From the NCBI GenBank assembly GCA_965202665.1, contig OZ241841.1:1696001-1760000 (forward strand): 64,000 nucleotides of DNA, written 5' to 3'. The stretch's first letter is position 1; every line of letters starts with the position of its first letter. This document shows, in pieces, positions 37,773 to 47,817 of the stretch. The notes beneath the pieces are model-generated. The model had not been told where the DNA came from and did not search any database. It saw only the letters and a list, made by a program, of their open reading frames with translations. Position numbers and translations under genes: made by a program. The stretch is from Candidatus Spongiisociaceae bacterium. Its GTDB lineage: Bacteria > Actinomycetota > Acidimicrobiia > Spongiisociales > Spongiisociaceae.

Positions 37773-38924
37773 GTGAAAGCCCTGAAATTTTCCAAGTTCC
37801 TGATAGCGGCCCTGGCGCTGTCGCTGGTTGCGGCCGCCTGCGGAGGCGACGACGAACCGGCCGCCGTCACCCAGGCCCCGACCACCACCGCCGCCGCCCC
37901 CGCCGCTACGGAGGCGGCCACCACCACCGAGGCGCCCGCCGCCCCCGCCGCCACCGAGGCGACGACCACCACCGCCGCCCCGACCACAACGGAGGCGCCC
38001 ATGGAGCCGGCTACGGTGGCCTTGGTGGTCAACCAGCGGGCGGGCGACATGGGCCCCATCGATGATCTGGTGAAAGGCTTGGAGCAGGCGGAGGCCGACA
38101 TGGGGGTGGAAACCACTTTCATCGAAGCCACCGACCCTTCCACTTTTGAGACCACTTTGCGCAACCTGGGCAACCAGGGAACGGACATTGTGGCCGTCAC
38201 TTTCCCGCCCATGGCGGAGGCCCTGGCGACGGTCGCCCCCGACTTCCCCGACACCCGATGGATTCACATCTTCGGCGCCCCTCTGGATCTTCCCAACGCG
38301 GTGGTGGTCGGGTTCGACTATTACAAGGGAACCTATCTGGCGGGCATCCTGGCCGGAGCCCTGAACACCACCGGCAAAATCGGGTTTGTGGGCGGCGTGT
38401 CCATTCCTCCTCTCAACGCCGATTACAACGCGTTCGTGGCCGCCGCCCAAACCCAAAACCCGGACATCACCGGCGACGCCGCCTTCGCCGACTCTTTCGA
38501 AGACCCGGCGAAAGGGCGGGAGTTGGGGGCGGCCCTGTTCGACAGCGGGGCCGACATCCTGATGCTGGACGGAGCGGCCACCGACCTGGGCGTCATCCAA
38601 GCCGCCGAAGAGAAAGACGGCTTCGTGATCGGCGGTTCGGAGAACTATTTCGACAGCGAAACGGTGATAGCCGGAGTGCTGCTCTACTGGTCCACCGTCC
38701 TCTACAACCAAATCGAAAACGCCTTGAGCGACGGCTACACCCCCGGCTGGGTGGGGGCGGGCGTAGCGGAAGGCGGGGTGGACATGGTCATCAACCCAAT
38801 GTTCTTGGAGAACGGCCCGGCCGAGATGGTGGAGATTATCAACGCTACGCTTCCCATCATCGATGAAGCGCGGTCCCAGATCCGCAGCGGAGCGCTGGAA
38901 GTTCCGTACAACCCGGAACTTTGA
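37773..38924 (+). CDS. BMP-family ABC substrate-binding lipoprotein
   Basis: Lipobox VAAAC, Thr/Ala linker, KIGFVGG, SFEDPAKG. Confidence 0.88.
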   Translation: MKALKFSKFLIAALALSLVAAACGGDDEPAAVTQAPTTTAAAPAATEAATTTEAPAAPAATEATTTTAAPTTTEAPMEPATVALVVNQRAGDMGPIDDLVKGLEQAEADMGVETTFIEATDPSTFETTLRNLGNQGTDIVAVTFPPMAEALATVAPDFPDTRWIHIFGAPLDLPNAVVVGFDYYKGTYLAGILAGALNTTGKIGFVGGVSIPPLNADYNAFVAAAQTQNPDITGDAAFADSFEDPAKGRELGAALFDSGADILMLDGAATDLGVIQAAEEKDGFVIGGSENYFDSETVIAGVLLYWSTVLYNQIENALSDGYTPGWVGAGVAEGGVDMVINPMFLENGPAEMVEIINATLPIIDEARSQIRSGALEVPYNPEL

Positions 38925-38952
38925 CCGAGGCGCGCCGGACGACCCGCCGGGG

Positions 38953-40506
38953 GTGACCGCCGACTCGCCGGCGCCGCCCGATCCTCCTGCGGTGCGGTGC
39001 CGGGGAGTCAGCGTGTCCTTCGGGGCGGTGCGGGCCCTGCGGGACGTGGATCTGGAACTCGCCCCCGGCCGCATCCACGCCCTGGTGGGGCAGAACGGGG
39101 CCGGAAAGACCACCCTGGCCCGGGTGCTGGCCGGACTGCAGGCCCCGGATGAGGGCCGGGTGTGGGTGGCGGGCCGGGAAATGGCGGGCGGGGGGGTGCG
39201 GGCCGCCCAAGCCGCCGGGCTGGCCATGGTGCATCAGCATTTTTCCCTGCCCCCGTCTTTCACCGTGGCCGAAGCCCTGGAACTCACCGCCGCCCGGCCG
39301 GGCGGAACAGCGGTTTACCGGCGGGCCGGTTTGGAGAAACGTTGGCGCGGGCAGGTGGCGGGACTGGAAGCGGTTTCCCTGTCCAGCCGCGTCCGGGATT
39401 TGCCGGTGGAGGCCCGCCAGTCGCTGGAGATAGTGCGGGCCCTGGCCTCGCAAGCGAAGATTTTGCTGTTGGACGAGCCCACCGCCCTGCTCACCCCGGC
39501 CGCCGCCGAATCCCTTTTTGAAAGGCTGCGCAACCTGCGGGACGAAGGGGTGACGGCCCTGGTGGTGTTGCACAAGTTGCGGGAGGTGAAGGCGGTGGCG
39601 GACACGGTGAGCGTGCTGCGGGACGGAAAGTTGGTTCTGGGCCCGCTGGAAACATCCGCCGCCGACCAGGGCCGGCTGAGCGACGCCATCGTGGGGGCCG
39701 CTGAACGGGTCGCGGCCGGGACGGCGGCGATGGGCCAGACGGCGTCCCTTCCGGGCGGCGATGAGATTCGCCTGGAACTGACCGGGGCGTCGGCCAAAGG
39801 CTCCGCCCATGAAGTGGGACTGCGCGGGGTTGACATGCGGGTGGGGGCGGGGGAGATCGTGGGCGTCGCCGGGGTGGAAGGAAACGGCCAGCGCAACCTG
39901 GTGTCGGCCATCGCCGGGCTGACCCGGTTGGAAAAAGGGGAAATCAGGTTGGGCGGGCGTTCCGTCAACGACGACGACCCGGCCCGGAGGCGGCGCCGGG
40001 GCCTGCGGCTGGTGCCCTTCGACCGCCACACGGAAGGGGTTTCGTCCAGCGCCCCCCTGTGGTTGAACCAGTCGGCTTTGAAGTTGGCCGCCGGGGAGCG
40101 GCGCCGCCCGTTCGTCTCGGTGCGCCGCATGCGGGAGGAGGCCAAGTCGGCCATGGACAAATGGCGGGTGCGTTACCAGGCGGTCGCCCAACCGGCCGGT
40201 TCTTTATCGGGGGGCAACATTCAGCGCTTGATTTTGTCCCGGGAGCTGGCCGACGGGGCGGAGATGCTGATCGCCGCCCAGCCCACCCGCGGCCTGGATT
40301 TCGCAGCCACCGAATTCGTGCGGGCTTCCCTTTCCGGGATGCGGGATCTGGGGGCGGGGGTGCTGTTGGTGTCCTCCGATTTGGACGAGTTGTTTGAGCT
40401 GTCCGACCGCCTGCTGGTGATGCTGGGCGGCCGGATAACGGCCGAATTCGCGCCCCCCTACGACCGGCGGGCGGTGGGGGATGCGATGATCGGGGCGGTG
40501 CGGTGA
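38953..40506 (+). CDS. Sugar/nucleoside ABC transporter ATP-binding protein (double domain)
   Basis: GQNGAGKTT, LDEPT, GVEGNGQ, LSGGNIQR, QPTRGLD; start approximate. Confidence 0.9.
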   Translation: MTADSPAPPDPPAVRCRGVSVSFGAVRALRDVDLELAPGRIHALVGQNGAGKTTLARVLAGLQAPDEGRVWVAGREMAGGGVRAAQAAGLAMVHQHFSLPPSFTVAEALELTAARPGGTAVYRRAGLEKRWRGQVAGLEAVSLSSRVRDLPVEARQSLEIVRALASQAKILLLDEPTALLTPAAAESLFERLRNLRDEGVTALVVLHKLREVKAVADTVSVLRDGKLVLGPLETSAADQGRLSDAIVGAAERVAAGTAAMGQTASLPGGDEIRLELTGASAKGSAHEVGLRGVDMRVGAGEIVGVAGVEGNGQRNLVSAIAGLTRLEKGEIRLGGRSVNDDDPARRRRRGLRLVPFDRHTEGVSSSAPLWLNQSALKLAAGERRRPFVSVRRMREEAKSAMDKWRVRYQAVAQPAGSLSGGNIQRLILSRELADGAEMLIAAQPTRGLDFAATEFVRASLSGMRDLGAGVLLVSSDLDELFELSDRLLVMLGGRITAEFAPPYDRRAVGDAMIGAVR

Positions 40507-41567
40507 CCGGACGTTTGGCCAAAGTTGCGTCCACCGCGGCCCTGGTGGCGGCCGCTTTCGCCATCACCTCCCTGATTTTGTGGATCAGCGGATACAGCGT
40601 GGCCGAGGTTTTCTCCGGAACCGTCCAAGGGGCGATCACCGCCAAAGGGGCGGTGGCTTCCACCGTCCGCTGGACCATCCCCCTGTTGCTGATCGCCTGG
40701 GGGGTGACCATCGGGTTCCGGGCCGGTTTTTTCAACATCGGCGGGCAGGGCCAGTTCTACGTGGGGGCTTGCGCCTCCCTGGCGGTGGCTTTGGGGTGGC
40801 GGACCGGGCCCGCCTGGTTGGTGATCATCGTCGGAACGGCGGCGGCGGTGACGGCGGGGGCCGCCTGGTCGCTGATCCCCGGTTGGCTGCGGGTGCGGTT
40901 CGGGGCCGACGAGGTGCTGACCACGCTGATGATGAGTTTCATCGGTTCCCTGGTGCTGCAGTATTTGACTTCCGGTCCGATGCGCAACCCGCAGGGCACC
41001 GGTCAGACGGCGGCCAGCGAACGGATACCCGACGCCTTTCGCCTGACCGGCAGCTCCGGCGTGTCGCTGGTTTTGCTGGCGATCGTCGTCTTGACCGGGG
41101 CGGCGGTGTGGGTTTTGTTGGAGCGCACCCGGTTCGGGCTGTCCGTGGATTTGGCGGGCCGCAATCCGGTGATGGCCCGCTGGCAGGGAATCAACGTCCG
41201 CCGGGTGGGTTTGGCTTCTTTCGGTTTGGCGGGGGCGCTGGCCGGTTTGGCGGGGGCGATGGAACTGTTCGGGCCGGCGGCCCGTCTGATAACCGGTTTT
41301 TCACCGACGGTGGGGTTCAACGCGGTGGTGGTGGCTTTGGTGGGTTTGCTGAGCGTGCCCGGGGTGGCCCTGTCCGCCCTGTTCTTCGGCGGCTTGCAGT
41401 CGGCGATCCTGTTTCTGCCGATAGTGACCGATGTCCCGCCCCCCGCCCTGGTGGTCCTGAACGGGATGGTGGCTTTGCTGGTAACCATCCGGTTCCGCGC
41501 CCGCCGTCGCCGCGTCGCATCCGGCCCCGCCGTTGCGGAGGGGGCCGACGGGGAGGCCGGCGGCTGA
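40503..41567 (+). CDS. Nucleoside-type ABC permease 1
   Basis: FNIGGQGQF, DEVLTTLMM, RTRFG. Confidence 0.88.
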   Translation: MTGRLAKVASTAALVAAAFAITSLILWISGYSVAEVFSGTVQGAITAKGAVASTVRWTIPLLLIAWGVTIGFRAGFFNIGGQGQFYVGACASLAVALGWRTGPAWLVIIVGTAAAVTAGAAWSLIPGWLRVRFGADEVLTTLMMSFIGSLVLQYLTSGPMRNPQGTGQTAASERIPDAFRLTGSSGVSLVLLAIVVLTGAAVWVLLERTRFGLSVDLAGRNPVMARWQGINVRRVGLASFGLAGALAGLAGAMELFGPAARLITGFSPTVGFNAVVVALVGLLSVPGVALSALFFGGLQSAILFLPIVTDVPPPALVVLNGMVALLVTIRFRARRRRVASGPAVAEGADGEAGG

Positions 41568-42484
41568 TGGAACAGGTCCTGGCCACCACCCTGCGGGCCG
41601 CCGCCCCGTTGATTTTGGCGGCCTTGGCGGGGGTGTTCGCCTGGAGGGCGGGCGTCTTCCACCTGGGCTTGGAGGGCCTGATGATCACCGGGGCTTTCTC
41701 GGCGGCGGCGGTGGGGCACGCCACCGGTTCGGTGTGGCTGGGAATTTTGTCGGGGGTGGCGGCCTGCTCGGTCCTGTCGTTTCTGTTCTGGTGGGTTATC
41801 GGCCCCCTGCGGGCCAATATGATCATCGCCGGGTTGGGGCTGACTTCCCTCGGTTTGGGGGGAACCGCCTACGCCCTGACCGCCGTTTTCGACACGCGGG
41901 GCACGATTTTCACCGAGGTGACCCTGCCCCGGCCGGTGCGGGGAGTGAACGAGGGGCTGGGGGTGATAGTTTCCGAATCGTCCATTTTGGTGTGGCTGGC
42001 TCCGCTGTTCGTGTTGGCCTCCTGGGTGGTCCTGCGGCGCACCCGGTTCGGACTGCGCCTGACGGCGGTGGGGGAGTATCCGTTCGCGGCCCGTTCGGTG
42101 GGGGTGGACCCGTCCCGGATGCGGCTGTGGGCGTTGCTGATAGCGGGCGGGCTGAGCGCCCTGGCCGGCGCCGAACTGTCGGTGGGGGCGTTGCGCAATT
42201 TCACGGAGAACATGACCGCCGGGCGGGGTTTCATAGCCTTCGTGGCCGTCATTTTCGGGGCCTGGCATCCGATCGGGGCGGCGGCCGCCGCCTTGTTTTT
42301 CGGTTTGGCGGACGCCATAGGGGCCCAGTCGCAGATCAACATCACCGAGTCGGTCCCCCGGGAGTTCGTGCTGATGATCCCCTACCTGCTGACCATCGTC
42401 GCCGTGTGGGTGGGCGGAATGCTGCGCCGCCGCCAAACGGAAGCTTCCGCCGGCTACGCCGAACTAAGAGAACCCGACGATTAG
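41567..42484 (+). CDS. Nucleoside-type ABC permease 2
   Basis: LGLEGLM, FGLRLTAVGE, AGRGFIA, FGAWHP. Confidence 0.88.
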   Translation: MEQVLATTLRAAAPLILAALAGVFAWRAGVFHLGLEGLMITGAFSAAAVGHATGSVWLGILSGVAACSVLSFLFWWVIGPLRANMIIAGLGLTSLGLGGTAYALTAVFDTRGTIFTEVTLPRPVRGVNEGLGVIVSESSILVWLAPLFVLASWVVLRRTRFGLRLTAVGEYPFAARSVGVDPSRMRLWALLIAGGLSALAGAELSVGALRNFTENMTAGRGFIAFVAVIFGAWHPIGAAAAALFFGLADAIGAQSQINITESVPREFVLMIPYLLTIVAVWVGGMLRRRQTEASAGYAELREPDD

Positions 42485-42518
42485 CCGCCCGCCTGGAGAG
42501 GGACGGGAGGGGCGGCTG

Positions 42519-43337
42519 TCAGGACAGGAAGTCCAGGATGACGGCGATGGATTTCTCCGCCTGTTCCACGTAGTGGCCGTGGCCGCTCCCTTCGAAGACG
42601 GCCAAGCGTCCGTTGGGCAGATGTTCCGCCACGTAACGGGCGCAGGCCCCGGGCATCGGGGCGTCCATGGGCGTCAAATTGTCCTCCGACCCCACCATCA
42701 CCAGGGTGGGGCAGGCGATGTCCGCCAACAGGTGGGTCACGTCGGTGTCGATCATCGCCTGGCATCCGTCTATGAACACTTCGGTGGAGGCGTTGCGGGC
42801 CACCACTTCCATCGTGGACAGCAACAGGGCTTCGCCCCCGTCCGGCCCGTCCAGGTAGGAGCGGGAGAAGGCCTTGGTCAGCAGTTCTTCGGCCATTTCC
42901 CGGGAGGCCGCCCCGTAGGCCCGGGCGATGTTCTGCCAGGTGCGGAAAGCCAGTTTGCCCATCCGGTCGCATCGGGCCACCGCCCCCGCCCCCAACAGCA
43001 ACCGCTCCACCCGTTGCGGATATTTGGCGGCGAAGGCGAGGGCGATGAAACTCCCCATGGATCCGCCGTGAATATGGGCCCGCTCGACATCCAAGGCTTC
43101 CATCAGCCCGGCCAGGTCATCGCACCACCCTTCAAACGTATAGGTCTGTTCAGGCCGGTCGCTCTTCCCGTAACCCCGGTGGTCGTAGTCCAACACCCGG
43201 TAACGCTCAGAAAGGCCGGGGGTGATAGTGGCGTAGCCTTCATGGGCGCTGACCGCCCCCCCGATCTGCACCACCGTCTCCCCTTCGCCCTCAAACCGAT
43301 ACCAAAGGTCGGCCCCATTAACTTCCACTTTAGGCAT
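42519..43337 (-). CDS. Alpha/beta hydrolase
   Basis: YDHRGYG, GGSMG nucleophile elbow, GSED, GSGH. Confidence 0.9.
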   Translation of the reverse strand: MPKVEVNGADLWYRFEGEGETVVQIGGAVSAHEGYATITPGLSERYRVLDYDHRGYGKSDRPEQTYTFEGWCDDLAGLMEALDVERAHIHGGSMGSFIALAFAAKYPQRVERLLLGAGAVARCDRMGKLAFRTWQNIARAYGAASREMAEELLTKAFSRSYLDGPDGGEALLLSTMEVVARNASTEVFIDGCQAMIDTDVTHLLADIACPTLVMVGSEDNLTPMDAPMPGACARYVAEHLPNGRLAVFEGSGHGHYVEQAEKSIAVILDFLS

Positions 43338-43387
43338 ATTCCGCTCCTCGCTCCAGGCCCAAAACAATATGCTAGGCTCCGGGTAGT

Positions 43388-46300
43388 ATGAATGCTAAGG
43401 CTAACAGCAACCGGAACCACTCCTTCAAAGTAGGTGATTTCGTGCGATTGAAGGCCACAGGCGAGGTGGGGGTGGTTGTTGAGCTTATAGGAGACGACTT
43501 TGTAAAGGTCCAGTTCGCTGACGGCGCGAAGGTGGTAAATGCGGATGCTTTAGAACCCGCAGATAAGTCTCCAGTCGGCCCGGTCGGGTTGCTAGAAGGA
43601 GGCACACTCTCCGATAGTCGAGCTTTTGGTTTACGACTTCAGGCTGCTTACCTCCGACACGCTTACCGATATGACCCTAAGTCTGGGCTGTCCAACGCCA
43701 GGGTGGAGCCCAAGCTACATCAAGTGTTCGCCGCCCATCGGGTAACCGGCAAGCTCTTTCCTCGGATGATACTAGCTGATGAAGTTGGTTTAGGGAAAAC
43801 TATAGAGGCTGGGCTCATTTTAAAAGAACTTCGGGCTCGCGAAGTCATTGATCGCGTTCTCGTGGTTTGCCCAGCCTCTTTGCAACGCCAGTGGCAATAT
43901 GAGATGGAAACCAAATTCAATGAAGAGTTCGAAATATATAATAAAACCGCAGTTGATTTTCTCGGTAAGGACGGCAGTAATCCTTGGATGAAACGAAAGG
44001 GTGCCATAGCCTCCTATGAATTTGCCATCAAGCCAAGGAATATGGAACAAATTGTGGAAGCCGACTGGGATTTGATTATTTTTGATGAAGCACACCGGGT
44101 TAGAAGAACACGCGTCGGGAACAAATATAGAGAAACCAAGGCATACAAGATGGCTAAACTTCTACAAGATCGAGACTTTGGCTTATTATTGCTTACCGCT
44201 ACTCCTATGCAATTACACCTATATGAGCTCTATTCCCTTATTGACTTGATTGATTCTAGCCTTCATATAGATTTTGCTGAATTTGAGGACAAGATGTTAG
44301 AAATACCTGATTTGAATGATGCGATGAAGGAACTACAAGAATGGCCGTCAGTTCATAAACATCAGAGGCTCAATGCCGTTGTACGTTGGGGTTTTAAAAT
44401 GGGCTACTTGAGAAAAAAATCTGTTACCGATATTTTGAACGATGATGACAAGCGGGAGAAATTAATTAACGACTTGGTCCAACGACATCCTGTGGCACAA
44501 GTTCTTATTCGCAATCGTAAGAGTACCATAGGTGGATTTAAAGGACGAATTGCCAATCGTATACCAGTAAAGTTAACAGATGAAGAATGGGAGTTGTATA
44601 ATGAAATATCAGAATATATTCGGCTAGGTTATAACCGGGCTAACAAAGAGAAGAAGAGGGCGATTGGATTTACTATGACAATATATCAAAAACTCTTGAC
44701 TAGTAGCTCGTACGCCCTCCGCGAAAGTTTCAGAAATCGGGTGACTAACCTAAAGAATCAAGATAACGTAAGGCAAAAGGAAGCAATTACAGAAAATGGA
44801 TTAAACGAATTACGTGAACTTGATGATATTTCTGAAGGATTAGATCATTTAGAACAGGACGACATAGATAATTCTGAACAGAAATCAGAAATACGGGAGC
44901 TAGAGGGATATATTGACCGCCTAAATCAGATAAGAGATTCGAAAGCGGACAAATTAATAAATGAAATAGTATTGCCAATTCTGGATAAAAATTCCAGTGA
45001 GAAGATATTGATATTCACAGGTTTCGTCAATACACAGAAATTCCTGCAGAGAGTTCTTCAATCGATTGGCTATGAGGTCACCATTTTCAATGGTCAGATG
45101 GACTTATCCGAGAAGGAGAAGTCGGTCCAGCGATTCAGACAACAAGCGCAGATTATGATTACAACAGAAGCAGGTGGCGAAGGTCGTAACTTTCAGTTTG
45201 CGCATATTATGGTAAACTATGATCTGCCGTGGAATCCGATGAAGGTTGAACAGCGGATCGGTCGTCTTGATCGAATTGGCCAAACTCGTAAAGTTCAGAT
45301 ATACAATCTTTATAGTGAGAGTACACTAGAACAGCGAATTTTAGATGTATTGGAATATCGTATTCAACTCTTTACTCGGGCAGTAGGTTCATTGGATCCT
45401 ATACTTGGCGAAGTAGAACGAGATTTAGAAAGAATTATTTTCGAGCATATGGACAATCTAGATGAGTATATGGAGAAATTCGAAAAAGATCTTGCGGAAA
45501 GAATCAAAGAAGCAAGGGAAACCGAAAAGTTATTGGGTGACTTTATTTTGGATCGTACTAGCTTGAGACAAGACGAGGCAAATATACTATTAGAACGATC
45601 TACGCTGGCTAGTTTTGATGACCTGCACCGATTTATTGAGGAAGCACTAAACTATTATGGAGGAAGATTGAGTAAGCATAATAACGGAGGTGATTATTTA
45701 ACATTGTCACCCAATCTAAGACACGATATTCAGGCTGACAGTACCAATGTTCGTGGAGTATTTGATCCGAAGGAGGCACTGGAGTGGGAAGATTTAGATT
45801 TTTTCGCTTTCGGACACAAACATATTGACCGAATAGTAGACTATGTCTATAACCAAGATGCGAAGACGGGGGTCCGTTTTTTACCAGATGCCCCCCCAGG
45901 AGTTACGATAGAGATAATATATGAGTACGAAAGTCGAAGACCCCTTCATACAAAGGGTCAAAGAGGACCCTTTCATGCAAAAGGTCAAATGGTCCGACAT
46001 CATATAGGACAAGACTTGCAAATCCATAGTGAAATGATTACAACCATACCTGCTGTGGGTCAGGCCTGTAACAGCAAAGTAGATGTACCAGAGTGGTTAC
46101 CTAGTGCTTTGGAGATAAGCCAGCAGAGAGCTATCGAGGAATTGGAGCAGTTTCAAGAGAAGACATATAGGGAAGGATTACCAGAACGTAGAGGGATGGA
46201 AGAGCGTTACCGGCGGGTGTTTGCTCATCAGCGTAAACAGTTGAAAGCTAAGATAGAAAAAGCAAGGGCTTGGATAGATGAAAAAACACAAAGTGGCTCC

Positions 46301-46465
46301 GATGATGAAAAAAAGATTCTACCTGCCCAGCGAGCGAGGTTACGGCAAATGGAACAAGAACTTCAGAATCTAACCTCCGAGTTACAGCACAAAATTGAAG
46401 AATTGAATCGTCCGGCAGATATCATTCAGACGATTGTATCAGCAGGATTGGTAATGAGACAATGA
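43388..46465 (+). CDS. RapA/DrmD-like SNF2 helicase, AT-rich
   Basis: N-terminal Tudor/SH3-like segment; LADEVGLGKTIEAG, FDEAHR, LTATP, GGEGRNFQ, LPWNPMKVEQRIGRLDRIGQ; C-terminal coiled coil. Confidence 0.92.
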   Translation: MNAKANSNRNHSFKVGDFVRLKATGEVGVVVELIGDDFVKVQFADGAKVVNADALEPADKSPVGPVGLLEGGTLSDSRAFGLRLQAAYLRHAYRYDPKSGLSNARVEPKLHQVFAAHRVTGKLFPRMILADEVGLGKTIEAGLILKELRAREVIDRVLVVCPASLQRQWQYEMETKFNEEFEIYNKTAVDFLGKDGSNPWMKRKGAIASYEFAIKPRNMEQIVEADWDLIIFDEAHRVRRTRVGNKYRETKAYKMAKLLQDRDFGLLLLTATPMQLHLYELYSLIDLIDSSLHIDFAEFEDKMLEIPDLNDAMKELQEWPSVHKHQRLNAVVRWGFKMGYLRKKSVTDILNDDDKREKLINDLVQRHPVAQVLIRNRKSTIGGFKGRIANRIPVKLTDEEWELYNEISEYIRLGYNRANKEKKRAIGFTMTIYQKLLTSSSYALRESFRNRVTNLKNQDNVRQKEAITENGLNELRELDDISEGLDHLEQDDIDNSEQKSEIRELEGYIDRLNQIRDSKADKLINEIVLPILDKNSSEKILIFTGFVNTQKFLQRVLQSIGYEVTIFNGQMDLSEKEKSVQRFRQQAQIMITTEAGGEGRNFQFAHIMVNYDLPWNPMKVEQRIGRLDRIGQTRKVQIYNLYSESTLEQRILDVLEYRIQLFTRAVGSLDPILGEVERDLERIIFEHMDNLDEYMEKFEKDLAERIKEARETEKLLGDFILDRTSLRQDEANILLERSTLASFDDLHRFIEEALNYYGGRLSKHNNGGDYLTLSPNLRHDIQADSTNVRGVFDPKEALEWEDLDFFAFGHKHIDRIVDYVYNQDAKTGVRFLPDAPPGVTIEIIYEYESRRPLHTKGQRGPFHAKGQMVRHHIGQDLQIHSEMITTIPAVGQACNSKVDVPEWLPSALEISQQRAIEELEQFQEKTYREGLPERRGMEERYRRVFAHQRKQLKAKIEKARAWIDEKTQSGSDDEKKILPAQRARLRQMEQELQNLTSELQHKIEELNRPADIIQTIVSAGLVMRQ

Positions 46466-47817
46466 GAAACGTACTTGCCTGTGGTATTGACTTTGGAACA
46501 ACCAATAGCTCTGTATCGATCGCGTATGATAACGGCGATGTAGAGTTAGTTACTATTGACACTAGCACGCCCATGCCCCGTAGCTTGTCATCCATTGCAT
46601 ATATAGATCGTGAAGATGCTAAGCAAGCAGGACAAGAAGCTGTTAAACAGTTTATGATTACCGGACCTATTAGTACTTCTTGCGGTAATTGTGATTTAGT
46701 AGAGATAATCAAGTTTGGTGGTTTTGCACATTATGATACAGATTGTAAGCAACATCAGCCTGGGGGTAGGTGTCAGGACGCCCGTCTGGTTAGTGGAGTG
46801 AAAAGCTTACTAGCCCCCACTGAGAATGGTACTACCCATGCTTGGGCCAGGTATTTTGAATTGGAGGATTTTGTTGCGATCATAATAAAGGAGCTTAAGA
46901 AACGGGTTGATGATATAGCAGGTGCCAATATACGTAGAGTTGTTTTAGGATATCCAGTAACTTTCGTGGGTGCTGAAGGCTCAGATTATGAAAATCTACA
47001 GGAAGGGGCAGAGGGCAGACTACAACGAGCGGCAGAAAAGGCGGGGTTCACTGATATAGAATTATTTCCGGAACCAGCTGCTGTGTTGCTGGATCAATAC
47101 TTGAAGGATGGATACATACTAGCGGTAGATTTTGGTGGTGGAACTTATGATGTGGCAGTCTTAGAGAACCAGGGAAGCGAGCCGGAGATCGTAGCACTTC
47201 AGGGTGCTACGATAGGTGGAGAAAAATTCGACGGTTTGTTGTTTGATAAAAAGGTGGCTGACGCTATAGGTCTAAACCAGAAACCCAAAGGCAAAACTTT
47301 GCCCAAATGGATAAAGATTAATATGCGAACCTTGGCTGGCATCCCTATTTTACTCAAAAATCCGTTTCTTCTGTCCACCTTATTGAATTTTGAAAGTCTA
47401 GGAGCCAATATTGATGCCATTCGTGAGATTTTGTTTGGTGGTCATGCGTATAGTTTCTATACTGAAGTGGAGAGAGCTAAAATAGAATTATCCGAAAGCC
47501 AAGTAGCTCAGATTCGCTATCATGTGCAAGGCAGGATTGATGTATCAGCCACGGTATATCGGACTGATTTCGATCGTTGGATAAGTTCATATCTTGACAG
47601 GGTTGATACCGCTACAATAACCGCCGTAAATGAGGCTGGTGTAGCACCTCAAGATGTCCATACCGTCTTACGAGCAGGAGGTTCATCAAAAATACCGCAA
47701 TTTATTGACAGACTAGAATCTATATTTCCGAATGCGGAAATCAGGGAACGGGATGCGTTTACATCCGTGGCCTATGGCCTTGGTGTACATGCATTGGAGG
47801 TATGGGGTAATGTCTGA
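46462..47817 (+). CDS. Hsp70-family (YegD-like, nucleotide-binding domain only) ATPase with 4-Cys insertion
   Basis: GIDFGTTNS, EPAA, VDFGGGTYD, AGGSSKIP, FTSVAYGL; insertion CGNC...C...C; ATGA overlap with the helicase. Confidence 0.88.
   Translation: MRNVLACGIDFGTTNSSVSIAYDNGDVELVTIDTSTPMPRSLSSIAYIDREDAKQAGQEAVKQFMITGPISTSCGNCDLVEIIKFGGFAHYDTDCKQHQPGGRCQDARLVSGVKSLLAPTENGTTHAWARYFELEDFVAIIIKELKKRVDDIAGANIRRVVLGYPVTFVGAEGSDYENLQEGAEGRLQRAAEKAGFTDIELFPEPAAVLLDQYLKDGYILAVDFGGGTYDVAVLENQGSEPEIVALQGATIGGEKFDGLLFDKKVADAIGLNQKPKGKTLPKWIKINMRTLAGIPILLKNPFLLSTLLNFESLGANIDAIREILFGGHAYSFYTEVERAKIELSESQVAQIRYHVQGRIDVSATVYRTDFDRWISSYLDRVDTATITAVNEAGVAPQDVHTVLRAGGSSKIPQFIDRLESIFPNAEIRERDAFTSVAYGLGVHALEVWGNV

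Noticed and set aside
37860-38000. ACC/GCC-rich repeats
   Set aside because: Ordinary Thr/Ala/Pro lipoprotein linker.
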